NCBI GenBank assembly: GCA_964016885.1
Contig: OZ024744.1
Coordinates: 107,632,001-107,696,000 of the forward strand
Length of the DNA stretch: 64,000 bases
Reading direction: 5' to 3'
Source of the DNA: Eledone cirrhosa
Taxonomy: Eukaryota
The translations under genes and the position numbers were made by a program. This document shows positions 46,301 to 59,319 of the stretch, one piece after another. The notes under the pieces are model-generated. The model was given only the letters and a program-made list of their open reading frames with translations. It was not told where the DNA came from and did no database searches. The stretch's first letter is position 1; the number at the start of each line of letters is the position of its first letter.

Positions 46301-49300
46301 GTACTGGGTATATCACTAACACTAGAGAGGTTGTCATGTCATTGACAGTGTGTACTGGGTATACTGGGTATATCACTAACACTAGAGAGGTTGTATGTCA
46401 TTGACAGGGTGTACTGGGTGTATCACCAACACTAGATAGATTGTCATGTCATTGACAGGGTGTACTGGGTATACTGGGTATATCACCAACACTAGAGAGG
46501 TTGTCATGTCATTGACAGGGTGTACTGGGTATACTGGGTATATCACCAACACTAGAGAGGTTGTCATGTCATTGATAGTGTGTACTGGGTATACTGGGTA
46601 TATCACCAACACTAGAGAGGTTGTCATGTCATTGACAGGGTGTGCTGGGTATATCACCAACACTAGAGAGGTTGTCATGTCATTGACAGGGTATACTGGG
46701 TATATCACCAACACTAGAGAGGTTCTCATGTCATTGACAGGGTGTACTGGGTATATCACTAACACTAGAGAGGTTGTCATGTCATTGACAGGGTGTACTG
46801 GGTGTATCACCAACACTAGAGAGGTTGTCATGTCATTGACAGGGTGTACTGGGTGTATCACCAACACTAGATAGGTTGTCATGTCATCGACAGGTTACAC
46901 TGGGTATATCACCAACACTAGAGAGGTTGTCATGTCATTGACAGGGTGTACTGGGTACACTGGGTATATCACCAACACTAGAGAGGTTGTCATGTCATTG
47001 ACAGTGTGTACTGGGTATACTGGGTATATCACCAACACTAGAGAGGTTGTCATGTCATTGACAGGGTGTACTGGGTATATCACCAACACTAGAGAGGTTC
47101 TCATGTCATTGACAGGGTGTACTGGGTATATCACCAACACTAGAGAGGTTGTCATGTCATTGACAGGGTATACTGGGTATATCACCAACACTAGAGAGGT
47201 TCTCATGTCATTGACAGGGTGTACTGGGTATATCACTAACACTAGAGAGGTTGTCATGTCATTGACAGGGTGTACTGGGTATATCACCAACACTAGAGAG
47301 GTTGTCTTGTCATTGACAGGGTGTACTGGGTATATCACCAACACTAGAGAGGTTGTCATGTCATTGACAGGGTATACTGGGTATATCACCAACACTAGAG
47401 AGGTTGTCATGTCATTGACAGGGTGTACTGGGTATATCACCAACACTAGAGAGGTTGTCATGTCATTGACAGGGTGTACTGGGTATATTACCAACACTAG
47501 AGAGGTTGTCATGTCATTGACAGGGTATAGTGGGTATATCACCAACACTAGAGTGGTTTTCATGTCATTGACAGGGTATACTGGGTATATCTCCAACACT
47601 AGAGAGGTTTCATGTCATTGACAGGGCGTACTGGGTATATCACCAACACTAGAGAGGTTGTCATGTCATTGACAGGGTATACTGGGTATTTTACCAACAC
47701 TAGAGAGTTTGTCACGTCCTTGACAGGGTGTACTGGGTGTATCACCAACACTAGAGAGGTTGTCATGTCATTGACAGGGTATACTGGGTATATCAACAAC
47801 ACTAGAGAGGTTGTCATGTCATTGACAGGGTATACTGGATATATCACCAACACTAGAGTGGTTGTCATGTCATTGACAGGGTATACTGGGTATATCTCCA
47901 AAACTAGAGAGGTTTCATGTCATTGACAGGGTATACCGGGTATATCACCAACACTAGAGAGGTTGTCATGTCATTGACTGGGTATACCGGGTACATCAGC
48001 AACACTAGAGAGGTTGTCATGTCATTGACAGGGTATACCAGGTATATCAGCAACACTAGAGAGGTTGTCATGTCATTGACAGAGTGTACTGGGTATACCA
48101 CCAACACTAGAGAGGTTGTCATGTCATTGACAGGGTATACCAGGTATATCAGCAACACTAGAGAGGTTGTCATGTCATTGACAGAGTGTACTGGGTATAC
48201 CACCAACACTAGAGAGGTTGTCATGTCATTGACAGGGTGTACTGGGTGTACTGGGTATATCACCAACACTAGAGAGGTTGTCATGTCATTGACAGGGTGT
48301 ACTGGGTGTACTGGGTATATCACCAACACTAGAGAGGTTGTCTTGTCATTGACAGGGTATACTGGGTATATCACCAACACTAGAGAGGTTGTCATGTAAT
48401 TGACAGGGTATACTGGGTATATCACCAACACTAGAGAGGTTGTCATGTCATTGACAGGGTGTACTGGGTATATCACCAAAATTAGAGAGGTTGTCGTGTC
48501 ATTGACAGGGTGTACTGGGTATATCACCAAAAGTAGAGAGGTTGTCATGTCATTGACAGGGTGTACTGGGTATATCACCAACACTAGAGAGGTTGTCATG
48601 TCATTGACTGGGTATACTGGGTATATCAACAACACTAGAGAGGTTGTCATGTCATTGACAGGGTGTACTGGGTATATCACCAACACTAGAGAGGTTGTCA
48701 TGTCATTGACAGGGTATACTGGGTATATCACCAACACTAGAGAGGTTGTCATGTCATTGACAGGGTGTACTGGGTGTATCACCAACACTAGAGAGGTTGT
48801 CATGTCATCGACAGGGTGTACTGGGTATACTGGGTATATCACCAACACTAGAGAGGTTCTCATGTCATTGACAGAGTGTACTGGGTATATCACCAACACT
48901 AGAGAGGTTGTCATGTCATTGACAGTGTGTACTGGGTATACTGGGTATATCACTAACACTAGAGAGGTTGTCATGTCATTGACAGGGTGTACTGGGTGTA
49001 TCACCAACACTAGATAGGTTGTCATGTCATTGACAGGGTGTACTGGGTATACTGGGTATATCACCAACACTAGAGAGGTTGTCATGTCATTGACAGGGTG
49101 TACTGGGTATACTGGGTATATCACCAACACTAGAGAGGTTGTCATGTCATTGACAGTGTGTACTGGGTATACTGGGTATATCACCAACACTAGAGAGGTT
49201 GTCATGTCATTGACAGGGTGTACTGGGTATATCACCAACACTAGAGAGGTTGTCATGTCATTGACAGGGTATACTGGGTATATCACCAACACTAGAGAGG

Positions 49301-52300
49301 TTCTCATGTCATTGACAGGGTGTACTGGGTATATCACTAACACTAGAGAGGTTGTCATGTCATTGACAGGGTGTACTGGGTATATCACCAACACTAGAGA
49401 GGTTGTCATGTCATTGACAGGGTGTACTGGGTATATCACCAACACTAGAGAGGTTGTCATGTCATCGACAGGTTACACTGGGTGTACTGGGTATATCACC
49501 AACACTAGAGAGGTTGTCATATCATTGACAGGGTGTACTGGGTATATCACCAACACTAGAGAGGTTGTCATGTCATTGACAGGGTGTACTGGGTATACTG
49601 GGTATATCACCAACACTAGAGAGGTTGTCATGTCATTGACAGTGTGTACTGGGTATACTGGGTATATCACCAACACTAGAGAGGTTGTCATGTCATTGAC
49701 AGGGTGTACTGGGTATATCACCAACACTAGAGAGGTTCTCATGTCATTGACAGGGTGTACTGGGTATATCACCAACACTAGAGAGGTTGTCATGTCATTG
49801 ACAGGGTATACTGGGTATATCACCAACACTAGAGAGGTTCTCATGTCATTGACAGGGTGTACTGGGTATATCACTAACACTAGAGAGGTTGTCATGTCAT
49901 TGACAGGGTGTACTGGGTATATCACCAACACTAGAGAGGTTGTCTTGTCATTGACAGGGTGTACTGGGTATATCACCAACACTAGAGAGGTTGTCATGTC
50001 ATTGACAGGGTGTACTGGGTATATCACCAACACTAGAGAGGTTGTCATGTCATTGACAGGGTGTACTGGGTATATTACCAACACTAGAGAGGTTGTCATG
50101 TCATTGACAGGGTATAGTGGGTATATCACCAACACTAGAGTGGTTTTCATGTCATTGACAGGGTATACTGGGTATATCTCCAACACTAGAGAGGTTTCAT
50201 GTCATTGACAGGGTATACTGGGTATATCACCAACACTAGAGAGGTTGTCATGTCATTGACAGGGTGTACTGGGTATATCACCAACACTAGAGAGGTTGTC
50301 ATGTCATTGACGGTGTATACTGGGTATATCACCAACACTAGAGAGGTTGTCATGTCATTGACAGGGTGTACTGGGTATATCACTAACACTAGAGAGGTTG
50401 TCATGTCATTGACAGGGCGTACTGGGTATATCACCAACACTAGAGAGGTTATCATGTCATTGACAGGGTATACTGGGTATTTTACCAACACTAGAGAGTT
50501 TGTCATGTCCTTGACAGGGTGTACTGGGTGTATCACCAACACTAGAGAGGTTGTCATGTCATTGACAGGGTATACTGGGTATATCAACAACACTAGAGAG
50601 GTTGTCATGTCATTGACAGGGTATACTGGATATATCACCAACACTAGAGTGGTTGTCATGTCATTGACAGGGTATACTGGGTATATCTCCAACACTAGAG
50701 AGGTTTCATGTCATTGACAGGGTATACCGGGTATATCACCAACACTAGAGAGGTTGTCATGTCATTGACTGGGTATACCGGGTGCATCAGCAACACTAGA
50801 GAGGTTGTCATGTCATTGACAGGGTATACCAGGTATATCAGCAACACTAGAGAGGTTGTCATGTCATTGACAGAGTGTACTGGGTATACCACCAACACTA
50901 GAGAGGTTGTCATGTCATTGACAGGGTATACCAGGTATATCAGCAACACTAGAGAGGTTGTCATGTCATTGACAGAGTGTACTGGGTATACCACCAACAC
51001 TAGAGAGGTTGTCATGTCATTGACAGGGTGTACTGGGTGTACTGGGTATATCACCAACACTAGAGAGGTTGTCATGTCATTGACAGGGTGTACTGGGTGT
51101 ACTGGGTATATCACCAACACTAGAGAGGTTGTCTTGTCATTGACAGGGTATACTGGGTATATCACCAACACTAGAGAGGTTGTCATGTAATTGACAGGGT
51201 ATACTGGGTATATCACCAACACTAGAGAGGTTGTCATGTCATTGACAGGGTGTACTGGGTATATCACCAAAATTAGAGAGGTTGTCGTGTCATTGACAGG
51301 GTGTACTGGGTATATCACCAAAAGTAGAGAGGTTGTCATGTCATTGACAGGGTGTACTGGGTATATCACCAACACTAGAGAGGTTGTCATGTCATTGACT
51401 GGGTATACTGGGTATATCAACAACACTAGAGAGGTTGTCATGTCATTGACAGGGTGTACTGGGTATATCACCAACACTAGAGAGGTTGTCATGTCATTGA
51501 CAGGGTATACTGGGTATATCACCAACACTAGAGAGGTTGTCATGTCATTGACAGGGTATACTGGGTATATCACCAACACTAGAGAGGTTGTCATGTCATT
51601 GACACGGTGTACTGGGTGAATCACCAACACTAGAGAGGTTGTCATGTCATTGACAGGGTATACTGGGTATATCAGCAACACTAGAGAGGTTGTCATGTCA
51701 TTGACAGGGTATACTGGGTATATCACCAACACTAGAGAGGTTGTCATGTCATTGACAGGGTGTACTGGGTATATCACAAACACTAGAGAGGTTGTCATGT
51801 CATTGACAGGGTGTACTGGGTATATCACCAACACTAGAGAGGTTGTCATGTCATTGACAGGGTGTACTGGGTGTATCAGCAACACTAGAGAGGTTGTCAT
51901 GTCATTGACAGGGTATACTGGGTATATCACCAACACTAGATAGGTTGTCATGACATTAACAGGGTATACTGTGTATATCAACAACAATAGAGAGGTTGTC
52001 ATGTCATTGACAGGGTGTACTGGGTATATCACCAACGCTAGAGAGGTTGTCATGTCATTGACAGGGTATACTGGGTATATCACCAACACTAGAGAGGTTG
52101 ACATGTCATTGACAGGGTGTACTGGGTATATCACCAACACTAGAGAGGTTGTCATGTCATTGACAGGGTGTACTGGGTATATCACTAACACTAGAGAGGT
52201 TGTCATGTCATTGACAGGGTGTACTGGGTATATCACCAACACTAGAGAGGTTGTCATGTCATTGACAGGGTATACTGGGTATATCACCAACACTAGAGAG

Positions 52301-55300
52301 GTTGTCATGTCATTGACAGGGTATATTGGGTATATCAACAACACTAGAGAGGTTGTCATGTCATTGACAGGGTATACTGGGTATATCACCAACACTAGAG
52401 AGGTTGTCTTGTCATTGACAGGGTGTACTGGGTATATCACCAACACTAGAGAGGTTGTCATGTCATTGACAGGGTGTACTGGATATATCACCAACACTAG
52501 AGAGGTTGTCATGTCATTGACAGTGTGTACTGGGTGTATCACCAACACTAGAGAGATTGTCATGTCATTGACAGGGTATACTGGGTATATCACCAACACT
52601 AGAGAGGTTGTCATGTCATTGACAGGGTGTACTGGGTATATCACCAACACTAGAGAGGTTGACATGTCATTGACAGGGTATAGTGGGTATATCACCAACA
52701 CTAGAGAGGTTGTCATGTCATTGACAGGGTGTACTGGGTGTACTGGGTATATTACCAACACTAGAGAGGTTGTCATGTCATTGACAGGGTGTACTGGGTA
52801 TATCACCAACACTAGAGAGGTTGTCATGTCATTGACAGAATGTACTGGGTACACTGGGTATATTACCAACACTAGAGAGGTTGTCACGTCATTGACAGGG
52901 TGTACTGGGTATATCACCAACACTAGAGAGGTTGTCATGTCATTGACAGGGTGTACTGGGTATATCACCAACGCTAGAGAGGTTGTCATGTCATTGACAG
53001 GGTATACTGGGTATATCACCAACACTAGAGAGGTTGACATGTCATTGACAGGGTGTACTGGGTATATCACCAACACTAGAGACGTTGTCATGTCATTGAA
53101 AGGGTATACTGGGTATATCACCAACACTAGAGAGGTTGTCATGTCATTAACAGGGTATACCAGGTATATCACCAACACTAGAGAGGTTGTCATGTCATTG
53201 ACAGGGTGTACTGGGTATATCACCAACACTAGAGAGGTTGTCATGTCATTGACAGGGTGTACTGGGTATATCACCAACACTAGAGAGGTTGTCATGTCAT
53301 TGACAGGGTATACTGGGTATATCACTAACACTAGAGAGGTTGTCATGTCATTGACAGACTGTACTGGGTATATCACCAACACTAGAGAGGTTGTCATGTC
53401 ATTGACAGGGTGTACTGGATATATCACCAGCACTAGAGAGGTTGTCATGTCATTGACAGGGTGTACTGGGTATATCACTAACACTAGAGAGGTTGTCATG
53501 TCATTGACAGGGTGTACTGGGTATATCACCAACACTAGAGAGGTTGTCATGTCATTGACGGGGTATACTGGGTATATCACCAACACTAGAGATGTTGTCA
53601 TGTCATTGACAGGGTGTACTGGGTATATCACTAACACTAGAGAGGTTGTCATGTCATTGACAGTGTGTACTGGGTATACTGGGTATATCACTAACACTAG
53701 AGAGGTTGTCATGTCATTGACAGGGTGTACTGGGTGTATCACCAACACTAGAGAGGTTGTCATGTCATTGACAGGGTATACTGGGTATATCTCCAACACT
53801 AGAGAGGTTTCATGTCATTGACAGGGTATACCGGGTATATCACCAACACTAGAGAGGTTGTCATGTCATTGACAGGGTATACTGGGTATATTACCAACAC
53901 TAGAGAGGTTGTCATGTCATTGACTGGGTATACCGGGTACATCAGCAACACTAGAGAGGTTGTCATGTCATTGACAGGGTATACCAGGTATATCAGCAAC
54001 ACTAGAGAGGTTGTCATGTCATTGACAGAGTGTACTGGGTATACCACCAACACTAGAGAGGTTGTCATGTCATTGACAGGGTGTACTGGGTATATCACCA
54101 ACACTAGAGAGGTTGTCATGTCATTGACAGAGTGTACTGGGTATACCACCAACACTAGAGAGGTTGTCATGTCATTGACAGGGTATACCAGGTATATCAG
54201 CAACACTAGAGAGGTTGTCATGTCATTGACAGAGTGTACTGGGTATACCACCAACACTAGAGAGGTTGTCATGTCATTGACAGGGTGTACTGGGTGTACT
54301 GGGTATATCACCAACACTAGAGAGGTTGTCATGTCATTGACAGGGTGTACTGGGTGTACTGGGTATATCACCAACACTAGAGAGGTTGTCTTGTCATTGA
54401 CAGGGTATACTGGGTATATCACCAACACTAGAGAGGTTGTCATGTCATTGACAGGGTGTACTGGGTATATCACCAACACTAGAGAGGTTGTCATGTCATT
54501 GACAGGGTATACTGGGTATATCACCAACACTAGAGAGGTTGTCATGTCATTGACAGGGTGTACTGGGTATATCACCAACACTAGAGAGGTTGTCATGTCA
54601 TTGACAGGGTATACTGGGTATATCACCAACACTAGAGAGGTTGTCATGTCATTGACAGGGTGTACTGGTTATATCACTAACACTAGAGAGGTTGTCATGT
54701 CATTGACAGGGTGTACTGGGTATATCACTAACACTAGAGAGGTTGTCATGTCATTGACATGGTGTACTGGGTATATCACCAACACTAGAGAGGTTGTCAT
54801 GTCATTGACAGGGTGTACTGGGTATATCACTAACACTAGAGAGGTTGTCATGTCATTGACAGGGTGTACTGGGTATATCACCAACACTAGAGAGGTTGTC
54901 ATGTCATTGAAAGGGTGTACTGGGTATATCACCAACACTAGAGAGGTTGTCATGTCATTGACAGGGTGTACTGGGTATATCACTAACACTAGAGAGGTTG
55001 TCATGTCATTGACAGGGTGTACTGGGTATATCACCAACAATAGAGAGGTTGTCATGTCATTGACAGGGTATACTGGGTATATCACCAACACTAGAGAGGT
55101 TGTCATGTCATTGACAGGGTATACTGGGTATATCACCAACACTAGAGAGGTTGTCATGTCATTGACAGGGTGTACTGGGTGTATCACCAACACTAGAGAG
55201 GTTGTCATGTTATTGACAGGTTATACTGGGTATATCACCAACACTAGAGAGGTTGTCATGTCATTGACAGGGTATACTGGGTATATCACTAACACTAGAG

Positions 55301-55754
55301 AGGTTATCATGTCATTGACAGGGTGTACTGGGTATATCACTAACACTAGAGAGGTTGTCATGTCACTGACAGGGTGTACTGGGTGTATCACCAACACTAG
55401 ATAGGTTGTCATGTCATTGACAGGTTATACTGGGTATATCACCAACACTAGAGAGGTTGTCATGTCATTGACAGGGTATACTGGGTATATCACTAACACT
55501 AGAGAGGTTGTCATGTCATTGACAGGGTGTACTGGGTATATCACTAACACTAGCGAGGTTGTCATGTCATTGACAGTGTGTACTGGGTGTATCACCAACA
55601 CTAGAGAGGTTGTCATGTTATTGACAGGGTGTACTGGGTGTATCACCAACACTAGAGAGGTTGTCATGTCATTGACAGGGTATACTGGGTATATCACCAA
55701 CACTAGAGAGGTTTCCATGTCATAGACAGGGTGTACTGGGTATACTGGATATAT
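43321..55754. repeat. 51-bp tandem minisatellite array, consensus AACACTAGAGAGGTTGTCATGTCATTGACAGGGTGTACTGGGTATATCACC, roughly 235 units, with 60-, 42- and 50-bp length variants
   Basis: Direct periodicity. 60-bp units carry an extra internal 9-mer (GGGTRTACT). A 42-bp unit lies at ~43981. 1-bp deletion units (GAGGTTTCATG) occur at ~47608, 47913, 50197, 50705 and 53809. The first and last units are more diverged than internal ones. Confidence 0.99.
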
Positions 55755-55899
55755 GCACAGAGGTAGAGAGAATATAGTAGGTACCTTAGAACTTGAGAAG
55801 TGTGTAGCTAAGGAATTATACTGGAGCAGACATTGATAGGGTGGGATGAAGGTATGCAGTAACAGTTGAAAGCAGGTGACATTGGGATAGATCAGGTCA

Positions 55900-56345
55900 C
55901 ATCTACACAATGAACTTGGCATGACAAAGGTTTCTCCTCGGTATGTGCCATGTCTTCTGGCACCTGATCAAAAGCACACCAGGCTGATCACATCACAGGG
56001 AAATCTGACATTGTTTGAAGCAGACACAGCTGGTTTTCTTGAACATTTCCTAACCCAGGATGAGTGTTGGAGACAGAAAGACAATCCATGCAGTGGAAAC
56101 ACCCTACCTCACCTGCTCTACACAAGGCCAAGGTTGTTTCACTTGCGGGGAAGGTGAAGGCCTCAGTGTTTTGCGATGCAGAAGGTATTGTGTTTATTGA
56201 CTATCTTCAAAAGGGCCATACCATCAATGGGTGAGTACTATGCCAACTTGCTGAGGCACTCCCGATAGGCTATCAAAACCAAACACCCAGGAAAACTGAT
56301 GAAAAGGGTCTTGTTTCATCAGGACAATGCTCCTGCACACAAATC
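55900..56345 (+). mobile_element. Mariner (Tc1/mariner, DD34D) transposase pseudogene, 5' segment
   Basis: HLHNELGMTKVSPRYVPCLL (WVPxxL-type motif), FLTQDECW (first catalytic D, TGDE-type), QSMQWKH, AGKVKASVFCDAEGIVFIDYLQKGHTING, EYYANLL and VLFHQDNAPAHKS (second D at 56323). It has frameshifts, a deletion after DECW and an in-frame stop. Confidence 0.93.
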
Positions 56346-56939
56346 TGTAGCAAGCAATGGCACTATTTTATCACTGCGGAGTTATTTGGTTGTGCTTTGT
56401 CACTCGCCAGCCCTTAGGGTTGGTGGCATGCGGAAAGAGAGAGAGAGCGGAAAGAGAGAGAGAGCGGAAAGAGAGAGAGCGCGGAAAGAGAGAGGGCGCG
56501 GAGAGAGGGGGAGGAGATAGGGGAAAGAGAGAGAGAGAGAGAGGGGAAAGAGAGAGAGAGAGAGGGGAAAGAGAGAGAGAGAGACCACCAGTTGCGTTTT
56601 GGATTCATAATGGCTTCCCTACTCCTAAGACTTTGCTCTCTAACAATGAGAGTAGTTTCATTAAACAGTTTTTAGGAGATTTACCGTAACCGATTCAAAA
56701 GTACTTGCCTTTCAGAGATTTGCCATTACACGTCAGCTTTGTTGACCAAAATCTCTGTACCACTTTGCACCCTTTGTACCTGCGTTCATGTCAAGTAAAA
56801 ATAAATCTTTATTATGTTTAACTATGCCTTCTGATCTTTCCACCAGGACTAAACATAAACATGCAGCCTTACATCTCTATCTTCTTTAAGGATATAATCT
56901 TCGCTACCAACACAGAATACAGCTAGAGCCCTATTACTA
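56346..56939. mobile_element. ~600 bp insertion inside the mariner, candidate solo LTR or other non-autonomous element
   Basis: It interrupts the mariner between HK(S) and SLVS. It begins TGTAG, contains a GA-rich tract and AATAAA (56800-56805), and ends ..TATTACT(A). The flanks AAATC/AAATG resemble a decayed target-site duplication. The insertion itself is clear; the LTR identity is inference. Confidence 0.5.
56430..56584. repeat. GA-rich compound microsatellite (GCGGAAA(GA)n and GGGGAAA(GA)n subunits)
   Basis: Near-homopurine tract read directly from the sequence. Confidence 0.95.
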
Positions 56940-56943
56940 AATG

Positions 56944-57037
56944 TCCTTGGTTTCAATAATTGTTCTGTGTGACTGGCTTTGAACTGGTTGATGCCGCTCC
57001 CTATTCTGATTTAGCCCTATCTGACTATCATCTGTTC
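56944..57037 (+). mobile_element. Mariner transposase pseudogene, 3' segment (YSPDLAPSD region), separated from the 5' segment by an insertion
   Basis: Reads SLVSIIVLCD/GFELVDAAPYS-DLALSDYHLF, the degenerate mariner YSPDLAPSDYHLF motif. Joined to DNAPAHK, and with a 2-nt and a 3-nt deletion restored, the D-D spacing is 34 residues. Confidence 0.88.
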
Positions 57038-57285
57038 ATTTGTAAAACATCAGGCGGATACAACCAAAATTGTGAATCCCAGAGGATGGTCGGGGAGATG
57101 TGCTAATAGTTATCTCTGTCCAGACTACAATAAAGAGAGATGTGGTTTGGTGATCAAAGATTGTTGATGCTGCCACTAATTTAAGTTCTACAAAGAATCG
57201 ATAAGAGCACAGCTTGTAGTCTTTAGTCTTTAGCCCAATATAGGGAAATATTTTTTAATGAAACCATAATTGATAAAAGGAGAAG

Positions 57286-57572
57286 TAGAGTGAAACCTCA
57301 GTTCACAAACTTAATTCCTTCTTCAAGGCCGTTATCACCCGAAATGTTTGTTAACTCAAATTATTTTTCCAATACAAAATGTTGAGAGAGAGATTGTGTG
57401 GGAAAAAGAGATAGATAACTAACTACACAGCAAGTGACACTTTCCCTGCCAATACTTCCAGCTTGTTGCCAGCCATTGTTGCCAGTTAGCATGTTCGTTA
57501 CTGGAGACACCATTCGGGAACTGAAACGTTTTCTATTTGGAAAAATTGCTTGCAAACTGATTTGTTCATGGT
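57286..57572. mobile_element. Probable Tigger/pogo-type non-autonomous DNA transposon (MITE) fragment
   Basis: Starts TA+GAGTGAAACCTCAGTTCACAAACTTAATTCC, which resembles the TA-CAGTGRAACCTCG..GAAC TIR type with CpG decay. GTTCGT/GAAC-like subterminal motifs occur near both ends (AATGTTTGTTAACTC; GTTCGTTACT, ATTCGGGAACTGAAAC, GATTTGTTCATG). No right TIR is found directly adjacent. Confidence 0.5.
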
Positions 57573-57575
57573 GAA

Positions 57576-57665
57576 AGTAGTAGTAGTAGTAGTAGCAGCA
57601 GCAGTAGTAGTAGTAGTAGTAGTAGTAGTAACAGTAGTCGTAGTAACAGTAGTAGTAACAGCAGT

Positions 57666-57696
<31 letters not shown>

Positions 57697-58330
57697 ACAG
57701 TAGCAGCAGCAGCAGCAGCAGCAGAAGTAGTAGTAACAGTAGTAGCAGCAGCAGTAGTAGTAACAGTAGTAGCAGCAGCAGCAGCAGCAGTAGTAGTAAC
57801 AGTAGTAGTAGTGATAACAGTAGTAGTAGCAGCAGCAGCAGTAGTAGTAGTAACAGCAGTAGTAGTAGTAACAGCAGTAGTAGTAGTAGTAATAACAGTA
57901 GTAGTAGTAACAGTAGTAGTAGTGATAACAGTAGTAGTAGCAGCAGCAGCAGTAGTAGTAGTAACAGCAGTAGTAGTAGTAACAGCAGTAGTAGTAGTAG
58001 TAATAACAGTAGTAGTAGTAACAGTAGTAGTAGCAGCAGCAGCAGTAGTAGTAGTAAGAGCAGTAGTAGTAGTAAGAGTAGTAGTAGTAGCAGCAGCAGT
58101 AGTAGTAGTAACAGCAGTAGTAACAGTAGTAGTAGCAGCAGCAGTAGTAGTAGCAGCAGCAGTAGTAGTAGTAACAGCAGTAGTAATAACAGTAGTAGTA
58201 GCAGCAGTAGTAGTAGTAGTAACAGCAGCAGTAGTAGTAGTAGTAGTAGTAATAACAGTAGTAGCAGCAGCAGTAGTAGGAACAACAGCAGCAGCAGTAG
58301 TAGTAGTAACAACAGCAGCAGCAGCAGTAG
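57576..58330. repeat. Compound trinucleotide microsatellite (GTA)n/(GCA)n with ACA/ATA interruptions
   Basis: Read directly; it accounts for the poly-Y/C, poly-V/A and poly-L ORFs. Confidence 0.98.
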
Positions 58331-58759
58331 ACCATGTTTAATAGTGCCAAGCGCATGGAAAGTCAGCATGTGTTATGGAAAGACCACCTGAGTCAGAATT
58401 TTTTTTTACCGAATTATTTATTATTTCGCGGTATTGCCGTCCTTTAACACAAACATACTTATAAAAAAAACGGTATATTATTACTAGTAGTAGTAGTAGT
58501 ATTTAATAGAAAATAAGGAAATATGAGTTACTACGTTAAGGATTCCTTTTCTTTGGATGACGAATGTATTCTTACAAAGACACTAAAGGTAAGCTGAGCT
58601 TTCACTTTCGGTATTGCCATGTCGAAAACGTAAGTTTATTTCTGACGGCTAATAAAATATATTTGCTGTTGTCAATTTCCTAATCTACGTTGTTAAAATT
58701 GAGTGCTAATTGTAATTAATTGAATTAATTAAAGCCGAATTTAATGTAATACACAATAC

Positions 58760-58780
58760 TATGTATGTATTTATATATGC

Positions 58781-58830
<50 letters not shown>

Positions 58831-59279
58831 GTATATGTGTATGTATATGTATGTGTATGTATGTATGTGTATATATGTATGTATGTATAAATATATATAT
58901 GTATGTATGTATATATGTATGTATAAATATATATATATATATATGTATATGTATATATATGTATATATATATGTATATATATGTATGTATATATATATGT
59001 ATATATATGTATATATATATGTATATATATGTATATATATGTATGTATATATATATGTATATATATGTATGTATATATATATGTATATATATGTATATAT
59101 ATGTATGTATATATGTATGTATATATATATGTATATATATGTATGTATATATATATGTATATATATGTATGTATATATATATGTATGTATATATATATGT
59201 ATATATATGTATGTATATATATATGTATATATATGTATGTATATATATATGTATATATATATGTATGTATATATATATG

Positions 59280-59319
<40 letters not shown>

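Noticed and set aside
43269-55922. 17-aa repeat protein (TNTREVVMSLTGCTGYI or its antisense), e.g. an ice-binding or beta-solenoid protein
   Set aside because: It is open on both strands only because 51 is a multiple of 3. The 9-bp indels follow an internal subrepeat, and frameshifting 1-bp deletions and stops have been propagated by duplication.
57811-57922. The 111-bp period equals 3x37, suggesting a link to the large array
   Set aside because: There is no sequence similarity; this is a numerical coincidence.
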